From the NCBI GenBank assembly GCA_036785375.1, contig JAWMAR010000561.1, positions 248,001 to 312,000 on the forward strand: DNA of 64,000 nt. Reading direction: 5' to 3'. The DNA is from Leucoraja ocellata (taxonomy: Eukaryota). How positions within the stretch are numbered: position 1 is the first letter of the stretch; each line of letters begins with the position of its first letter. The notes beneath the pieces are model-generated. The model was not told the origin of the DNA, did not search any database, and saw only the letters and a program-made list of their open reading frames with translations. Positions 51,839 through 64,000 of this stretch are shown in pieces. Both the position numbers and the translations under genes were made by a program.

Positions 51839-51983
51839 ATCAGTATTTAAAGGGTCGGCTGTGTGTGTGTACTCAATGACCGACATCCGTACGGTCTTCA
51901 ACGGGCCCTTCGCCCACAAGGAAGGGCCGAATTACCAGTGGATGCCTTACACGAAGAAGATACCGTACCCCAGGCCCGGCACC
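51839..51983 (+). CDS. SEMA3F: Semaphorin 3F, Sema-domain exon
   Basis: gtcaacag|ATCAGTA ... GGCACC|gtaagt; 145 nt; (G)[48 protein letters not shown]. Confidence 0.97.
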
Positions 51984-53955
51984 GTAAGTAACGTGGCTGA
52001 ACTTTCTCCCCATCGCTGAGTGCGGGAGGGAGGGTGGTAGATTGGTCTTCTGCATCTGAAGCAAAATACTCACGGCCTTCTACCCACTAGAGTTCATGAT
52101 GTGGCTCCACCTGCTTGTTCTGGAGAGGAAGAATACACTCCCTGGAGACACAGAGTTATGACTTTGGTTCATTCAGCCAATTCGTGTCCACTGATCCTCA
52201 GGAAGTGTGGGGACTCCTCCACGTTTGTTTCCGTCACATGTTCCCCTGCTCTTCCTCCCTACTGGATGATTCATGGTCAGAGAGTTTGCAGACCCTTTGA
52301 TTGATGCTTTACTCAATTCTGTTTAGTTTATTGTCACGTGTACCGAGGTACGGTGAAAAGCCTTTTGTCGCGTGCTATCCAGTCAGCGGAAAGACAATAC
52401 ATGATTACAATACATGAAATACAATGACAGTGTATTTAAGAGTGTGGAGCGATTGTAATATGTGATTGTATATCAGCATCTGTGATTAGCACGCAAATAG
52501 TCGCCTGGGTTGGGCGCTATCTTGGATTTATCACGGGACGTGTCACGGTGACATTCTTTGTTTTGCGCACCATGCACAAAGTATGGGCCATCGACAAAGT
52601 TACAATTATTCAATGTAATCCCCAACGCTCCCTCTTTGTTCTTTAAAAGAATCCTTTATCTGTATTAATCTGACTCCTTTATCTGTCATAACATTTATTG
52701 ATGTCTAATCTCCTTCTAGGTAGTATTAGTTGGTAGGTGTAACAGACAAAAAGATTCCTCTGACAGGAAGACCCTGTGAAGGTTAATAGCACCCTCCCTG
52801 TACCACAGCTTCAACTGGGAATCATTACATTTCCTCTTTCAGAGGATAAGGGCTTATCCTCCACACCCTTCTGAGCAAAGCCTGCAATAACCCGCTGCAC
52901 CATTATTACAGCAGCAATCAGATAGCGCGAGCTTCAAAGGCGACCCCTTTAAGAATACTTTTTCATTGATATCGACGGGGTGGGATAGCTATTTGCGTCA
53001 TCCTCTGCAGCAAATGGCTTTCAGTCGGTGCCAGTTAGTGGAGCTGGTCAAAAATAACTGGGCCTCCTCCCTGCCAATGAAGTCATGGGAACAGCTGAGC
53101 TGCTTCTTCTGTTAAGAGGAAACGTCTAAAAAAAATTGTGACCCAATACTCATGGAAAATTCGTGGGAAAGATGGATGAGGGGGAGGGGGGGGGGGGAGA
53201 GGACCTCATTGAAACTTACCGAAAAGTGAAACGCCTGGATAAAGTGGATGTGGAGAGTTTGTTTCCACTAGTGGGAGAATCTAAGACCAGAGGGCACAGC
53301 AGCAGAATACAAGGACGTACCTTTAGAAATTAGATGAGGAGGAATTTCTTCAGTCAGAGGGTGGTGAATCTGTGGAATTCATTGCCACAGAATGTTGTGA
53401 AGGCCAAGTCAATGGATATTTTTAAGGTGGAGATTGATAGATTCTTGATTAGTACGGGGGTCAGGGGTTAAGGGGAGAAGGTAAGAGAATGGGGTTGAGA
53501 GGGGAAAGGTTGATCAGCCATGACGGAGTTGACTTGATGGGCCGAATGACCTAATTCTGCTCCTATAACTAATGATATCCATCCACTTGTAAACAGACAG
53601 TGGGAGAGAGTGGCATTGCCAACATTGATGCCAGGGCTGACATGATCAAGGGTGATTACGTGTCTGCCATTATTGTTGATGCTGGGATCTTCCTGGGCCC
53701 AAAATGGCCACCACGAACACCATGTTCTAAGATTTCTGGAGTAGGACTTGATCTCACAATGCTCTCTGACCAGACACTGAGACCTCTACCCAGTGACCCA
53801 GTGCTGGGGAAGACACAAAGTGCTGGATTAACTCAGCAGGTAAGGCAGCATCTCAGGAGAACATGGATAGGCGACATCCTTTTGGTCAGGACCCTTCTTC
53901 AACTTACCCATAGCCATACCATACCCATGGATTGGCATGGACAACACGTCACAGA

Positions 53956-54104
53956 GTCTTCTTCTTCTTCTTCTTGCGTCTGGCATGCACAGCCTAAAGT
54001 TGTCGGACAACTTGTTCTATTTGATCTTATTTGATTGTGCACGCCGGGTTGATTGCATTTGTCGAAACAGGGCGGACCACATGAAGGTTGCAATCTCCCA
54101 CCCC
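53956..54104 (-). mobile_element. Short element with (GAA)n tail (RTE-like 3' end), inserted in a CR1-type tail
   Basis: Minus strand ends ...ggctgtgcatgccagacgcaagaagaagaagaag; flanks tcacagagtc / tcacagtc. Confidence 0.5.
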
Positions 54105-54402
54105 ATCACAGTCATACAGCATGGAAACAGGCCCTTCGGTCCAATTGTCCATGCCCACCAGAATGTCCCACCCCAAAAGCTCTGGGGTAACTCAACGATT
54201 CAGGCAGCATCTCTGGAGAACATGGATAGGTGACGTTTCTGGTGGGAACCCTTCTTCAAGCTGATTACAACATGACACAACCAAGCGAGTCCCATTTGCT
54301 CATGTCTAGCCCAAATCCCTCGATACCTTTCCTACCCCACATGTACATGTCCAAACGTGAACTTTTGAATTGAGGGGATTTTCTTCTTGATATGTTTTGC
54401 AG

Positions 54403-54625
54403 TGTCCCGGCGGCACCTTTACACCTTTAATGAAATCTACAAAAGATTATCCGGACGAAGTGATTAACTTCATGAGGAACCATCCCACCATGTACAATGT
54501 CATCTATCCAGTGCACAAGCGACCTCTGGTGGTCAGGACCAACGTGGACTATGAATTCACCACCATTGCCGTGGACCAGGTGGATGCAGCAGATGGACGA
54601 TATGAGGTGCTTTTCCTCGGCACAG
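54403..54625 (+). CDS. SEMA3F: Semaphorin 3F, Sema-domain exon
   Basis: gttttgcag|TGTCCC ... GGCACAG|gtaatg; 223 nt; CPGGTFTPLMKSTKDYPDEVINFMRNHPTMYNVIYPVHKRPLVVRTNVDYEFTTIAVDQVDAADGRYEVLFLGT(D). Confidence 0.97.
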
Positions 54626-55428
54626 GTAATGGATCCAGCGTAGACAATTAACCCTTTCCTACCCAAATACAGCAGGAGGGAGGTGGGTAGGGCAGGAAGC
54701 TGGGTGGAAATGTCCAACACTTAGAGGACATAAGTATAAGGTGAGAGGGGGAGTTTTTATTAGACAGCGAGTAATGGTGGGCTGGAACGCATTGCCTGGG
54801 GTGGTGGTGGAGGCAAATATGATTGTGGCATTTAAGAGGCACATACTGCAGAAGTGCAGGCAAAAGAGAGATGTGGATCATGTGCTAACAGATCAGATCA
54901 GTTTAACGAGTGGAGATCACACTGAATGACAATCACAAATATAATCCACGTTTACCTCCAAATGACTGTGGACTGATTTCAACATAGGTAAATCACAGAA
55001 CTCAGGCACAAACTGCTATTTCCTTTCATTCATTCTTGGGGCAAGAGCCCAACTAACATTTCATTCCCCTGGAGGAGATGGTGGGAGGCCTCCTTCATAA
55101 ACCAACCCTATCTATGTGAGGAGTGGGGAGTGGTGCTCCCATAATGTTACTGAGTTGGGAGTCCCATATTTGCTCTGCATAATGACAGCAGCAACTAAAC
55201 TGTATGCGATCCACCTGATTTATCAAATGGAAACTACTTTCCACTGCATAAGCAATTGTCAGCATTTTGCAATCTCCTGTGATTTCTAGTTCACGGTGTC
55301 TCTGTGATGGCCGCTGGATTCTGTAGTCTGACTGCAACCTGAATGATGCTCTCAACTCATTCACAGGATGAAGGTGAAACCCTCCATTTGCAGTCCATTC
55401 ACTGTTCTTCCTGCTTTTTCCCATGCAG

Positions 55429-55517
55429 ATCGGGGGACAGTGCAGAAAGTCATCGTGTTGCCCAAGGATGACATGGAAACTGAAGAACTGATGCTTGAAG
55501 AGGTCGAGGTTTTCAAG
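55429..55517 (+). CDS. SEMA3F: Semaphorin 3F, Sema-domain exon
   Basis: cccatgcag|ATCGGG ... TTCAAG|gtcatt; 89 nt; (D)RGTVQKVIVLPKDDMETEELMLEEVEVFK. Confidence 0.95.
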
Positions 55518-57168
55518 GTCATTGTCAATTTTTTCAGAACTACACAACAGTAAAGTTGCTGCATTTTACAAGAGGCCGAAGTATTTTTATGGTGACACAG
55601 ATGTGCAGGCAGTGGGGGCGCAGGTTCAATCGCAACTTCCGGTGCTGTCTGTGTGGAGTTTGCATGTTCTCCCACATGGGTTTCCTCACATATCCCAAAA
55701 GCAGGCAGGTCGGCAGGTTAAATGCCACAGTAATTTGCTCTAGTGTGTAGGTGAGTGGTAGAACTTGGCAAGAATTTGATGAAAATGTGTAAACCAGATA
55801 GGTCAACACCACACCTCTCCAATAGCAGCAGTCAGTTTACAATACCAAATCGCCCCAATTTTAAAGATTTGTTTTAAAACTATTAATTTCCTAATAGGGA
55901 TCACTCTCAAGTCACGAGTGCTAATATAGTTTTTTTAAATGACAAATATTTCTGGTTACGAAGTACTCATACATCCTCCGTCCTCATCTCACTCCAAGCC
56001 ATTTGCCACTATAGTATTCATGTTCAGAGTGTTGATAATGCCAGCAATATCAAACAAATAGTGTATGGAACGAGCTGTTGGAGGAGGGAGTTGCGGCAGG
56101 GACTATTGCAACATTTAAGAAGCAATTAGACAGATTTAGAGGGGTATGGGCGAAGCGCAGGCAAGTTGGACATGTAGATGGGACATGTGGTCGACAAGTT
56201 AGACTGAAGGGCCTGTTTCCACACTGTACGACTCTATAAAACAAATCAAATGTCACTAATATTTTTAAAGAAGCAAAATATTGCAAGGTATTTCACAAGA
56301 TTCACTGTTGCAGTGTCTATGGTTGTCTTTGTGTTTCTGGAAGTAGGGCTGAACATCCTTTATTGAAGGCAGTAGCTTTCAACTGGGCAGTAGGTGTCTA
56401 TTACAGCAATGTTGTGAGATCAATCTATGTGATACACTCTGTTCTCAAAGGTACCTTTACATTTTATTTATGATATGACAGAAAGTGAGCAACATAGATG
56501 GTTCGGGCAAAAGCAAGATTAAAGATCTTACATGTTAAATGAAGAAGGAGAATTGGAGAGGTTTGAAGGGCAGTGGAATTTCAGAGTTTTGTGCCTTTGT
56601 AGATGAAATATAGTCATCAGTGATAGATCAGTAAAGTCATCAGCAATAACATTCAATAATGGTGAAGAGATCAGAATTAGAGGAGCATAGGTCTCTACAA
56701 TGATCAGATGGCAAGAGATGATTGAGATGGGATTTGGGAACAAGATCACCAACTATACCTTGTCCCGGGTTTGCCCTTGCGAGTAAAAGATAAAACTGTT
56801 CAATGAACTTTTTGTAACTGTGTCGGCACCGAAAACATGGCGACTCTTGTTCACTTGTATGGTTTTACCGGGTTGTATGCAAAACAAAGCATTTCACTGT
56901 ACCTGGGTACATTGGACAATAAAGTGTCATTGAATCATTGACTTGAATCGTTGAATCATTGAATTGAATCATCATACAACAATTCTCACTTATGACAATT
57001 CGTGGCAGAAAGAGAGAGCAAAGAGCCAAAAACACAATAACCAAGGTTGCGTCTCTTCCAAACTGCATCAGCCACAGGAAGAGTTAAAACTTGCAATTGA
57101 TGTTACAATTTAAATTACTTGACGTGCATCTACCATGCATTAATGATCAACTGCATTGAATTTTACAG

Positions 57169-57210
57169 ACGCCGACACAATTGAGGACAATGAAGATCTC
57201 TTCCAAAAGG
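57169..57210 (+). CDS. SEMA3F: Semaphorin 3F, 42-nt small exon
   Basis: ttttacag|ACGCCG ... AAAAGG|gtgagg; TPTQLRTMKISSKR, equivalent to the xPxxxxTMxISSKR small exon of class-3 semaphorins; too short for the ORF track. Confidence 0.92.
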
Positions 57211-58141
57211 GTGAGGATCCCTCTGTTACTTGTTTGATCCCTAAATCTTCAGTCTGTGGTACAGTTTATGTTTAATGGAAGAAAATCGAATTAAAAGAAT
57301 TAGTTCCACGTTTTCAATAATGGTGAAAAAGCTTAAAGCTTCCTTTAATAAAGCTTGGACGATTTGAAATCTTATTCAAGAGATAACGGGATAAGCGGAA
57401 AAAGTACTGAAGCAGCAGTTTTTATTAAACAGCTAGAAACTGATGGATCTGAGTGGCTTTAATCACAGCACTGGAACAGGCCCTTCGGCCCACAGTGTTC
57501 GTACCGAACAGGATGCCAAGTTACTACAGGCTTACTGTAGGGCGATACAATGGTGCAGCTATAGAATTGCTGCGTCACAGCGCCAGAGAACTGGGTTCGA
57601 TCCTGACTATGGGTGCTGGCTGTACAGTGTTTGTACGTTCTCCCTGTTTTTTTTCTGGGTGCCCCAGTTTCCTCCCACACTCTAAAGATGTACAGGTTTG
57701 TAGGTTAATTAGCTTGGGTAGGTTGTAAAATTGTCCCCAGTGTGTATAAGTTAATGTACGGGGTGATCGCTGGTCGGTGCAGACTCAGTGGGCTGAAGGG
57801 CCTGTTGCCGTGCTGAATCTGTAAAGTAAAAAAAAATAAAGTCCCAGTTTCCTATCTAATATTGAGATATGACTAGCTGCACTGTCGGAGCGACTGTGTT
57901 TCTGATGTGCCAAGCTAAAGAATTCTCAGGCTGACTAAGTATCCACTATCTTATCTAATCCCTGGAATGCACAAGGCCACCAGTGTAGAGTTTGACAATT
58001 TAAGTTAACGATTGAGAATCAATTGGACAGGTACATGGATAGGACAGGTTTTGAGGGCCATGGACCAGGTGCACAGAGGTGGGACTGGTGCGGATGGGGT
58101 AGTTGGGCCGAAGGGCCAGTTTCCAGGTTGTATGATTCTAA

Positions 58142-58357
58142 AGGGCCCGTCCCACTTGGGCGTCATTTGCGCGTCATTTACACAACATCATTTACGCGTC
58201 ACGGCGCAAGACGCACGCATGTGATGCGCGCATGGTGCACATTACTCGCACATGGTGCGTGGTGACGTAGGCAGTGACGCGCATGATTTTGGGATGTACA
58301 AAATCTTCGCGCTCCATCTGCGTGATGCGCAAATGACGCCCAAGTGGGACAGGCCCT
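58142..58357. mobile_element. PIF/Harbinger-like MITE (216 bp)
   Basis: ~35-bp TIRs agggcccgtcccacttgggcgtcatttgcgcgtca / tgatgcgcaaatgacgcccaagtgggacaggccct; flanks TAA / TAG; terminus GGGC.GTCCCACT shared with the 24514 element. Confidence 0.85.
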
Positions 58358-58694
58358 TAGGTCTCCAGAGTGGTCTTGAACCCACAATCTTCTGACTCAG
58401 AGCCACAGCTCCCAGTCTAAACATCATGTACAATCAAATTGGTGCCAAACATCGGCAAGAAAAAGCAGCATATTTTACACATCTGATTAGTTTTCCATGT
58501 GTTACATTTATGCCTGGGTTCTTTATGGTCTAAAGAGAATAATTTAATGTACCATGGAAAATAGATTTATGAACTGACTCTCTTATTCACTCTAACAAAC
58601 AGGTTGGTGGGACTAGTGTGGATGGGACATGTTGGTAGATGTGGCCAAGATGGGCCAAAGGGCCTGTTTCCACATTGTATGACGCCATGACTAA

Positions 58695-58919
<225 letters not shown>

Positions 58920-60651
58920 TAACTGACAATGGACTTTGTCACCAGTTGTGCTCACTGGGGACCTTTGAACTATCTTTGATCGGACTTTATTGGACTTCAA
59001 TGTTATATCTTTTGCACTAAATTGTCAATGGTTTCTTTATTATCTCGTTCATAAGTTCATACGTTGCAGGAGCAGAATTAGGCCATTCGGCCCATCAAGT
59101 CCACTCTGCCTTTCAATCTTGGCTGATCTATTTTCCCCTCTAAACCCCATTCTGCTGCCTTCTCCCTATAACCCCAGACAACCGTACTATTCAAGAAACA
59201 CGTGTACCAGTGAAATACATTTTTTGCATACAGATCAGGAAGACTATCACCATACATGAGCACAATCGCCCGGTTTGTAGAATGTACAGAACAGCCCACT
59301 GAGTCCACATGCAAGAGGCCCCATTTTGGAACCAGGGGTGATCACATTAGTTGTGTTATCCCACTTTCACATCCCCTCTCTACACACTAGGGGTAATTTA
59401 AAGAGACCAATTAGCCTGCGAGCCCGCACGTTTTTGGGGTGCAGGAGGAAACCCTTGCGGTCAGAGAGAGAGAATATGCAAATTCCACTCAAACGGCGAC
59501 CGAGGTCGGGATCGAACCCGTGCCTCTGGCGCTGTCAGGCAGCAGCTCCATGAACTGTACCATTGTGCTGCCCCCAACTTCTTGCAACTCCTGCCAAGGT
59601 AAGCTAGAAAATCTCCCAACTGAACCTGTGACAGGCGCAAGTTCAGTGTCACTATTGGTGAGGAATGGCCGTCAAAAAAGAGGAATGTTTCATGTAATTT
59701 GTAAAAAATGTTAATTAATCAAAGTTACTTAAACACATTTAATCCCTTTCCGTGATCTTGTGTTTTAAGTGGTTTCTTTTTTTTTTAGAAAATAATTATG
59801 TGATCCATCTTATCCTGTCCCCATCCCCAAATGTTGCCTCAGTTTGACAGTCAAGTCCATAGCAAGTTTTCCAATAGCATCTGTCAAATTGAAATGTCTG
59901 ACATGAATTTGGTTTGGGAATTCCTTGGCTCTTAAGAAGCAGGCATTTTGTGTCACGCGCACTCCAGGAACATCAATGTAAAGTAGTTGATCTGTGTCAC
60001 TATTCATGAGTGGTTGCATCTTGAAACTCAATGTTGAGGGTCACAGTTTTTGTGCAGTTTTCCCACAGGAGAGTATTAAATTCTGACAAATGCAGAGATG
60101 GGCCAAAATACATCTTGACTCCCAAAAGCTGCAATAAGTTGTTCTCTTTTAGACTTGAGAGATACAGCGTGGAAACAGATCCTTCGTGCCTACTGAGTCT
60201 GCACCAACCAGCGATCACCCCGTACACCAACAATATCCTACATAGGGACAATTTATAATTTTTATAAAAACCAATGATCCTACAAACCTATACATCTGTG
60301 GACTGTGGGAGGAAAACCACGCGGTCACAGGAGGAAAATGCAATGTCCACACAGACAACACCCAAAGTCAGGATCGAACCCGGGTCTCTGGCGCTGAGGC
60401 AGCAACATTACCACTGTGCCGCCCCATGTCCAACTGTCCCACCGTTCTCTTTTGTCTCACACTTTCTTATTACGTACTAATACATCATGGATAAGCCAAA
60501 ATAACCCAAGTCCATGTTACAGCGACTCGGCATACAGCACAGAAACAGGCCCTTTGGCCCAACTTTCCCTTGCCGACCACGATGCCCCTAGTCCTACCTG
60601 CCCACATTTAGCCCATATTCCTTTAAGCTTTCCTATGCATCTACCATGTAC

Positions 60652-60981
60652 GGGCGGCATGGTGGCGCAGTGGTAGAGTTGCTGTCTTACAGCGCTTTCT
60701 GCGCCTGAGACCTGGGTTCGATCCCGACTACGGGTGCTGTCTGTACGGAGTTTGTATGGTCTCCCCATGACAGCGTGGGTTTTCTCCGTGATCTTCGGTT
60801 TCCTCCCAGACTGCAAAGAAGTACAGGTTTGTAGGTTAATTGACTTAGTCTAAGTGTAAACTGTCCCTGGTGCATGTTGGATAGTGTTAATGTGTGGGGA
60901 TCGCTGGTAGGTGTGGACTCGGTGGGCCAAAGTGCCTGTTTCCGCGCTGTATCTCTAAACTAAACTAAACTAAACTAAACT
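60652..60981 (+). mobile_element. HE1-like V-SINE, well-preserved copy with (TAAAC)n tail
   Basis: ggcggcatggtggcgcagtggtagag...ggttcgatcccgac...cggtttcctccca...ggactcggtgggcc...cctgtttccgcgctgtatctc(taaac)5; interrupts a CR1 fragment. Confidence 0.9.
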
Positions 60982-62545
60982 ACCTGCCCATATTAACTAT
61001 TAAATGTTGTTATTTTACCTACCTCAACTAAAACACTAAGACCATAAAACGTGGTAGCAGAATTAGGCCATTCAGCCCATCGAGTCTGCTCCGCCATTGG
61101 ATTATGGCTGATCTATTTTTTGCTCTCCACCATATTCTCCTTTATTAACATTTGATGCCCTTATTAATCAATAATCTATCAATCTCAGCTTTAAAAATAC
61201 CCAGACTTGGTCTCCTCCATCGCCCGTGACAACTACCTCTTCTATCAGCTTGTTCTACAGTATATACCAGCATGAAAAAGTTGCCCCTCAGGTTCCAATT
61301 GAATCTTTCCCCTCTCACCTTAAACCTATGTCCCCTCAAGTCAAGAGTCAAGTGTCAAGAGTGTTTTATTGTCATATGTCCCAGATAGGACAATGACATT
61401 CTTACTTGCTGCAGCACAACAGAATATATAAACATAGTACATCATGGGAGAAAAATAGTACATAGTACATACCGGGTTCTTGATTCCCTTACTCTGTGTT
61501 TTTACCTTATATTTTCTCCTCATGATCTTATACACCTCTATAAGATCACCCCGACTAATAAATCAATTACTATTTATCGCACTCGATGGGAAAGTAAATT
61601 GGATTTAAATTTGTTTGACACTACAGGGACAAACGTCATTGCCAGGCTTTGTATTCAACTACAAAGTTACTTATTAAGATTCTTTCCCAATAGGATATGT
61701 CACAGCCAGCTGTGAGATGCAATGTGTAATTGCACTTGTCAGTCTAACTGAAGCACATTGATGAAGGGCTTTTGATGGATTATGTAAAAGGAGCCACTTT
61801 CCACTGCTGGAGATGGGAGTGTAAACAGATGACAATTTAAGAAGATCAGAAAAAGATACATTGGGAGATGAAGTTGATTATTTTATGCTGAAGATTTTTG
61901 AGAACTATATTGTGCCACCTTGAAAATTGGAGTGAGATTTAATGGTAACCTTCAAAATACCTTGGATGAATGCATAACGAGGAGAGACTTTTGATGTAAG
62001 AGTACACGAGCTAGAATGAATTGAGGAGCCAGAACAGCCATGTCGGGCCAAATGGCTGATTTCTGTGTTATATGATCAATGATGGCCCATCAATAGAACA
62101 ACAACATAAATGCATTTCAAGAAAATAGCAATATTCAAACAAACAGCCCCATGTGTAACTCTGGTATTGTGGGGGTCTGCAGCCAGGCTGGTTGGCAAGC
62201 TGTGCAGTTTGTAAACCTGACCTCGGGTGCTATCTGTGCGGAGTTTGCACGTTCTCCCTCTGACCGCATGGGTTTCCTCCAGGTGCTGAGATTTCCTCCC
62301 ACATCCCAAAGACGTTCGGGTTTGTAGTTAATGAATGAATGAAATATAAAATGTGAGGAAAGGTAAATAAGGCACGCTGATTTATTTGGTGGAGGATGGT
62401 CGACCAATCTGGGATGCTTTGATGTTGAATCTTAGTACACAATGAACAATGATGATTATTTCCACTGGAAACAATAATAAACTAAGCACTGCAAAATGCA
62501 TGTTGACAGCTCTCACCGGAACCCGTTCTCCTTTGGTTTTGACAG

Positions 62546-62613
62546 GCGAAGCCGGAGGCAAGACGTGCGGCATGGCAACCCGATCCGGCAATGCCGAGGC
62601 TACAACTCCAACG
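62546..62613 (+). CDS. SEMA3F: Semaphorin 3F, exon with the basic (furin-type) RRSRR motif
   Basis: ttttgacag|GCGAAGC ... CAACG|gtgagt; 68 nt; (R)RSRRQDVRHGNPIRQCRGYNSN(A). Confidence 0.95.
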
Positions 62614-63423
62614 GTGAGTGTTGAGACTTTTCCTAGTCCCCAGAAGGTGGACATCACCTTAGTTCTGTGCGATGGGCATTATAATGAGAGGCAAGGATGT
62701 GTTAGAGGTACGAACACAATGAGATATCAAAAACAACAACTACCAGTTGTACAATAGCTTTAAATCTCTTAAATGTAAAGTACAGTGGGATTTGAGCACA
62801 CTAAAATATTTTAAGATGTGTGACTTTGCATTTTGGAACATAAAACATAGACCAGCACAGCACAAGATCAGGCCCTTCAGCCCACATGCTGAATATGATA
62901 CGAAGACCATCATTTATCCACCCGACCATAACGCATATTCTTCCATTCACTGCATATCCATATGTCTATCCAAAAGGGGTTTTCACATACATGTTTCAAC
63001 CCCCAAGCCTATCCACTAACAGATCTGCCTCATACCCAACCCTAGCAGCACGTTCCAGAAACTCACCACCCTCTGTGTAAAATAAAATTGCCCCGCACAA
63101 CTCCTTTAAACTTGGCCCCTCTCATCTTAAATCCAGGCCCACTAGTTTTTGATTTTTCCATCCCGAGAAAAAAAGATTCTGCCTGCCCACTCTAATCTCT
63201 GAGCTTTTAGCTCTGATCAAGTTCACATTTATTGTCACATGCACCAATTAAGGTACAGTGATATTTGAGTTACCCGTTCTTTTTCTCCAGAGATGCGGCC
63301 TGGCCCGCTGAGTTACTCCAGCACTTTGTGTCCCTTTTATGCAAGATGGTGTGTGTGTGTTTGTACAATTGTAGAGTATCCTTGTGCATTCTAATGATAA
63401 GGTGGTATCACGCTGAGTCCTAA

Positions 63424-63588
<165 letters not shown>

Positions 63589-64000
63589 TAGCTGGCGTGG
63601 ATAATATCTGACCCACCCTTTCCCAGCGTTCAATCACCAGGGTCTACGCTATGACCTTTCACTAATTTCATGGGCAATAAAAAGGTTTATATTCCTTCAG
63701 GGGCATCTGAGCTTGTATTTGCAGAGTAGGTGGGGGGGAGGGGGGGTTGAAGACATCACTAAAGTGTGCACCATGTTGATAAAATGCATACAATTTTGCA
63801 TTGATAGGTTGGGCCGAATGGTCTATGTAAAATTGTATGCATCAATGTTTTTCTAAATTGTCCTATCAAAGCATTGAAAGCAAGAATTTAATTGTCCTAT
63901 CTGGGACACATGACAATAAACTCTCTTGAATCTTGAATCTTGAATTCTTCACCCCATATGCTTATCACCATCGAAACCCGACCCGAATGGTCACCTTTCT

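Overview
Vertebrate genomic DNA, most likely from a cartilaginous fish (skate/ray-like). This is inferred from abundant HE1-type tRNA-derived V-SINEs and their CR1/HER1 partner LINE fragments. The only cellular gene I can support is the middle and 3' part of semaphorin 3F (SEMA3F) on the + strand. It has ten GT-AG exons between 32840 and 63579 (1181 nt, phases consistent) encoding the C-terminal half of the Sema domain, the PSI domain, the furin-type RRSRR site and the start of the Ig domain. The preceding exon is not visible in the 32.8 kb upstream, which contains two N gaps. The rest is intron-type sequence dense in transposable elements: the 3' end of a DIRS1-like tyrosine-recombinase retrotransposon with its ICR/terminus inverted repeat; a Helitron-like non-autonomous element carrying a satellite array; a full-length but dead Passport-like Tc1 element interrupted by a young CR1; a HERO/NeSL-like RLE retrotransposon 3' end; Penelope-like remnants and many palindromic derivatives with minimal hammerhead-ribozyme cores; Harbinger- and Tigger-like MITEs; Rex1-, RTE- and CR1-derived fragments; and more than 20 V-SINE copies. 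I see no CRISPR array, rRNA or genuine tRNA gene, and no convincing novel protein-coding system. The most interesting signals are non-coding and TE-structural. Repeat boundaries were read by eye and are approximate unless termini are quoted. No database searches were run.
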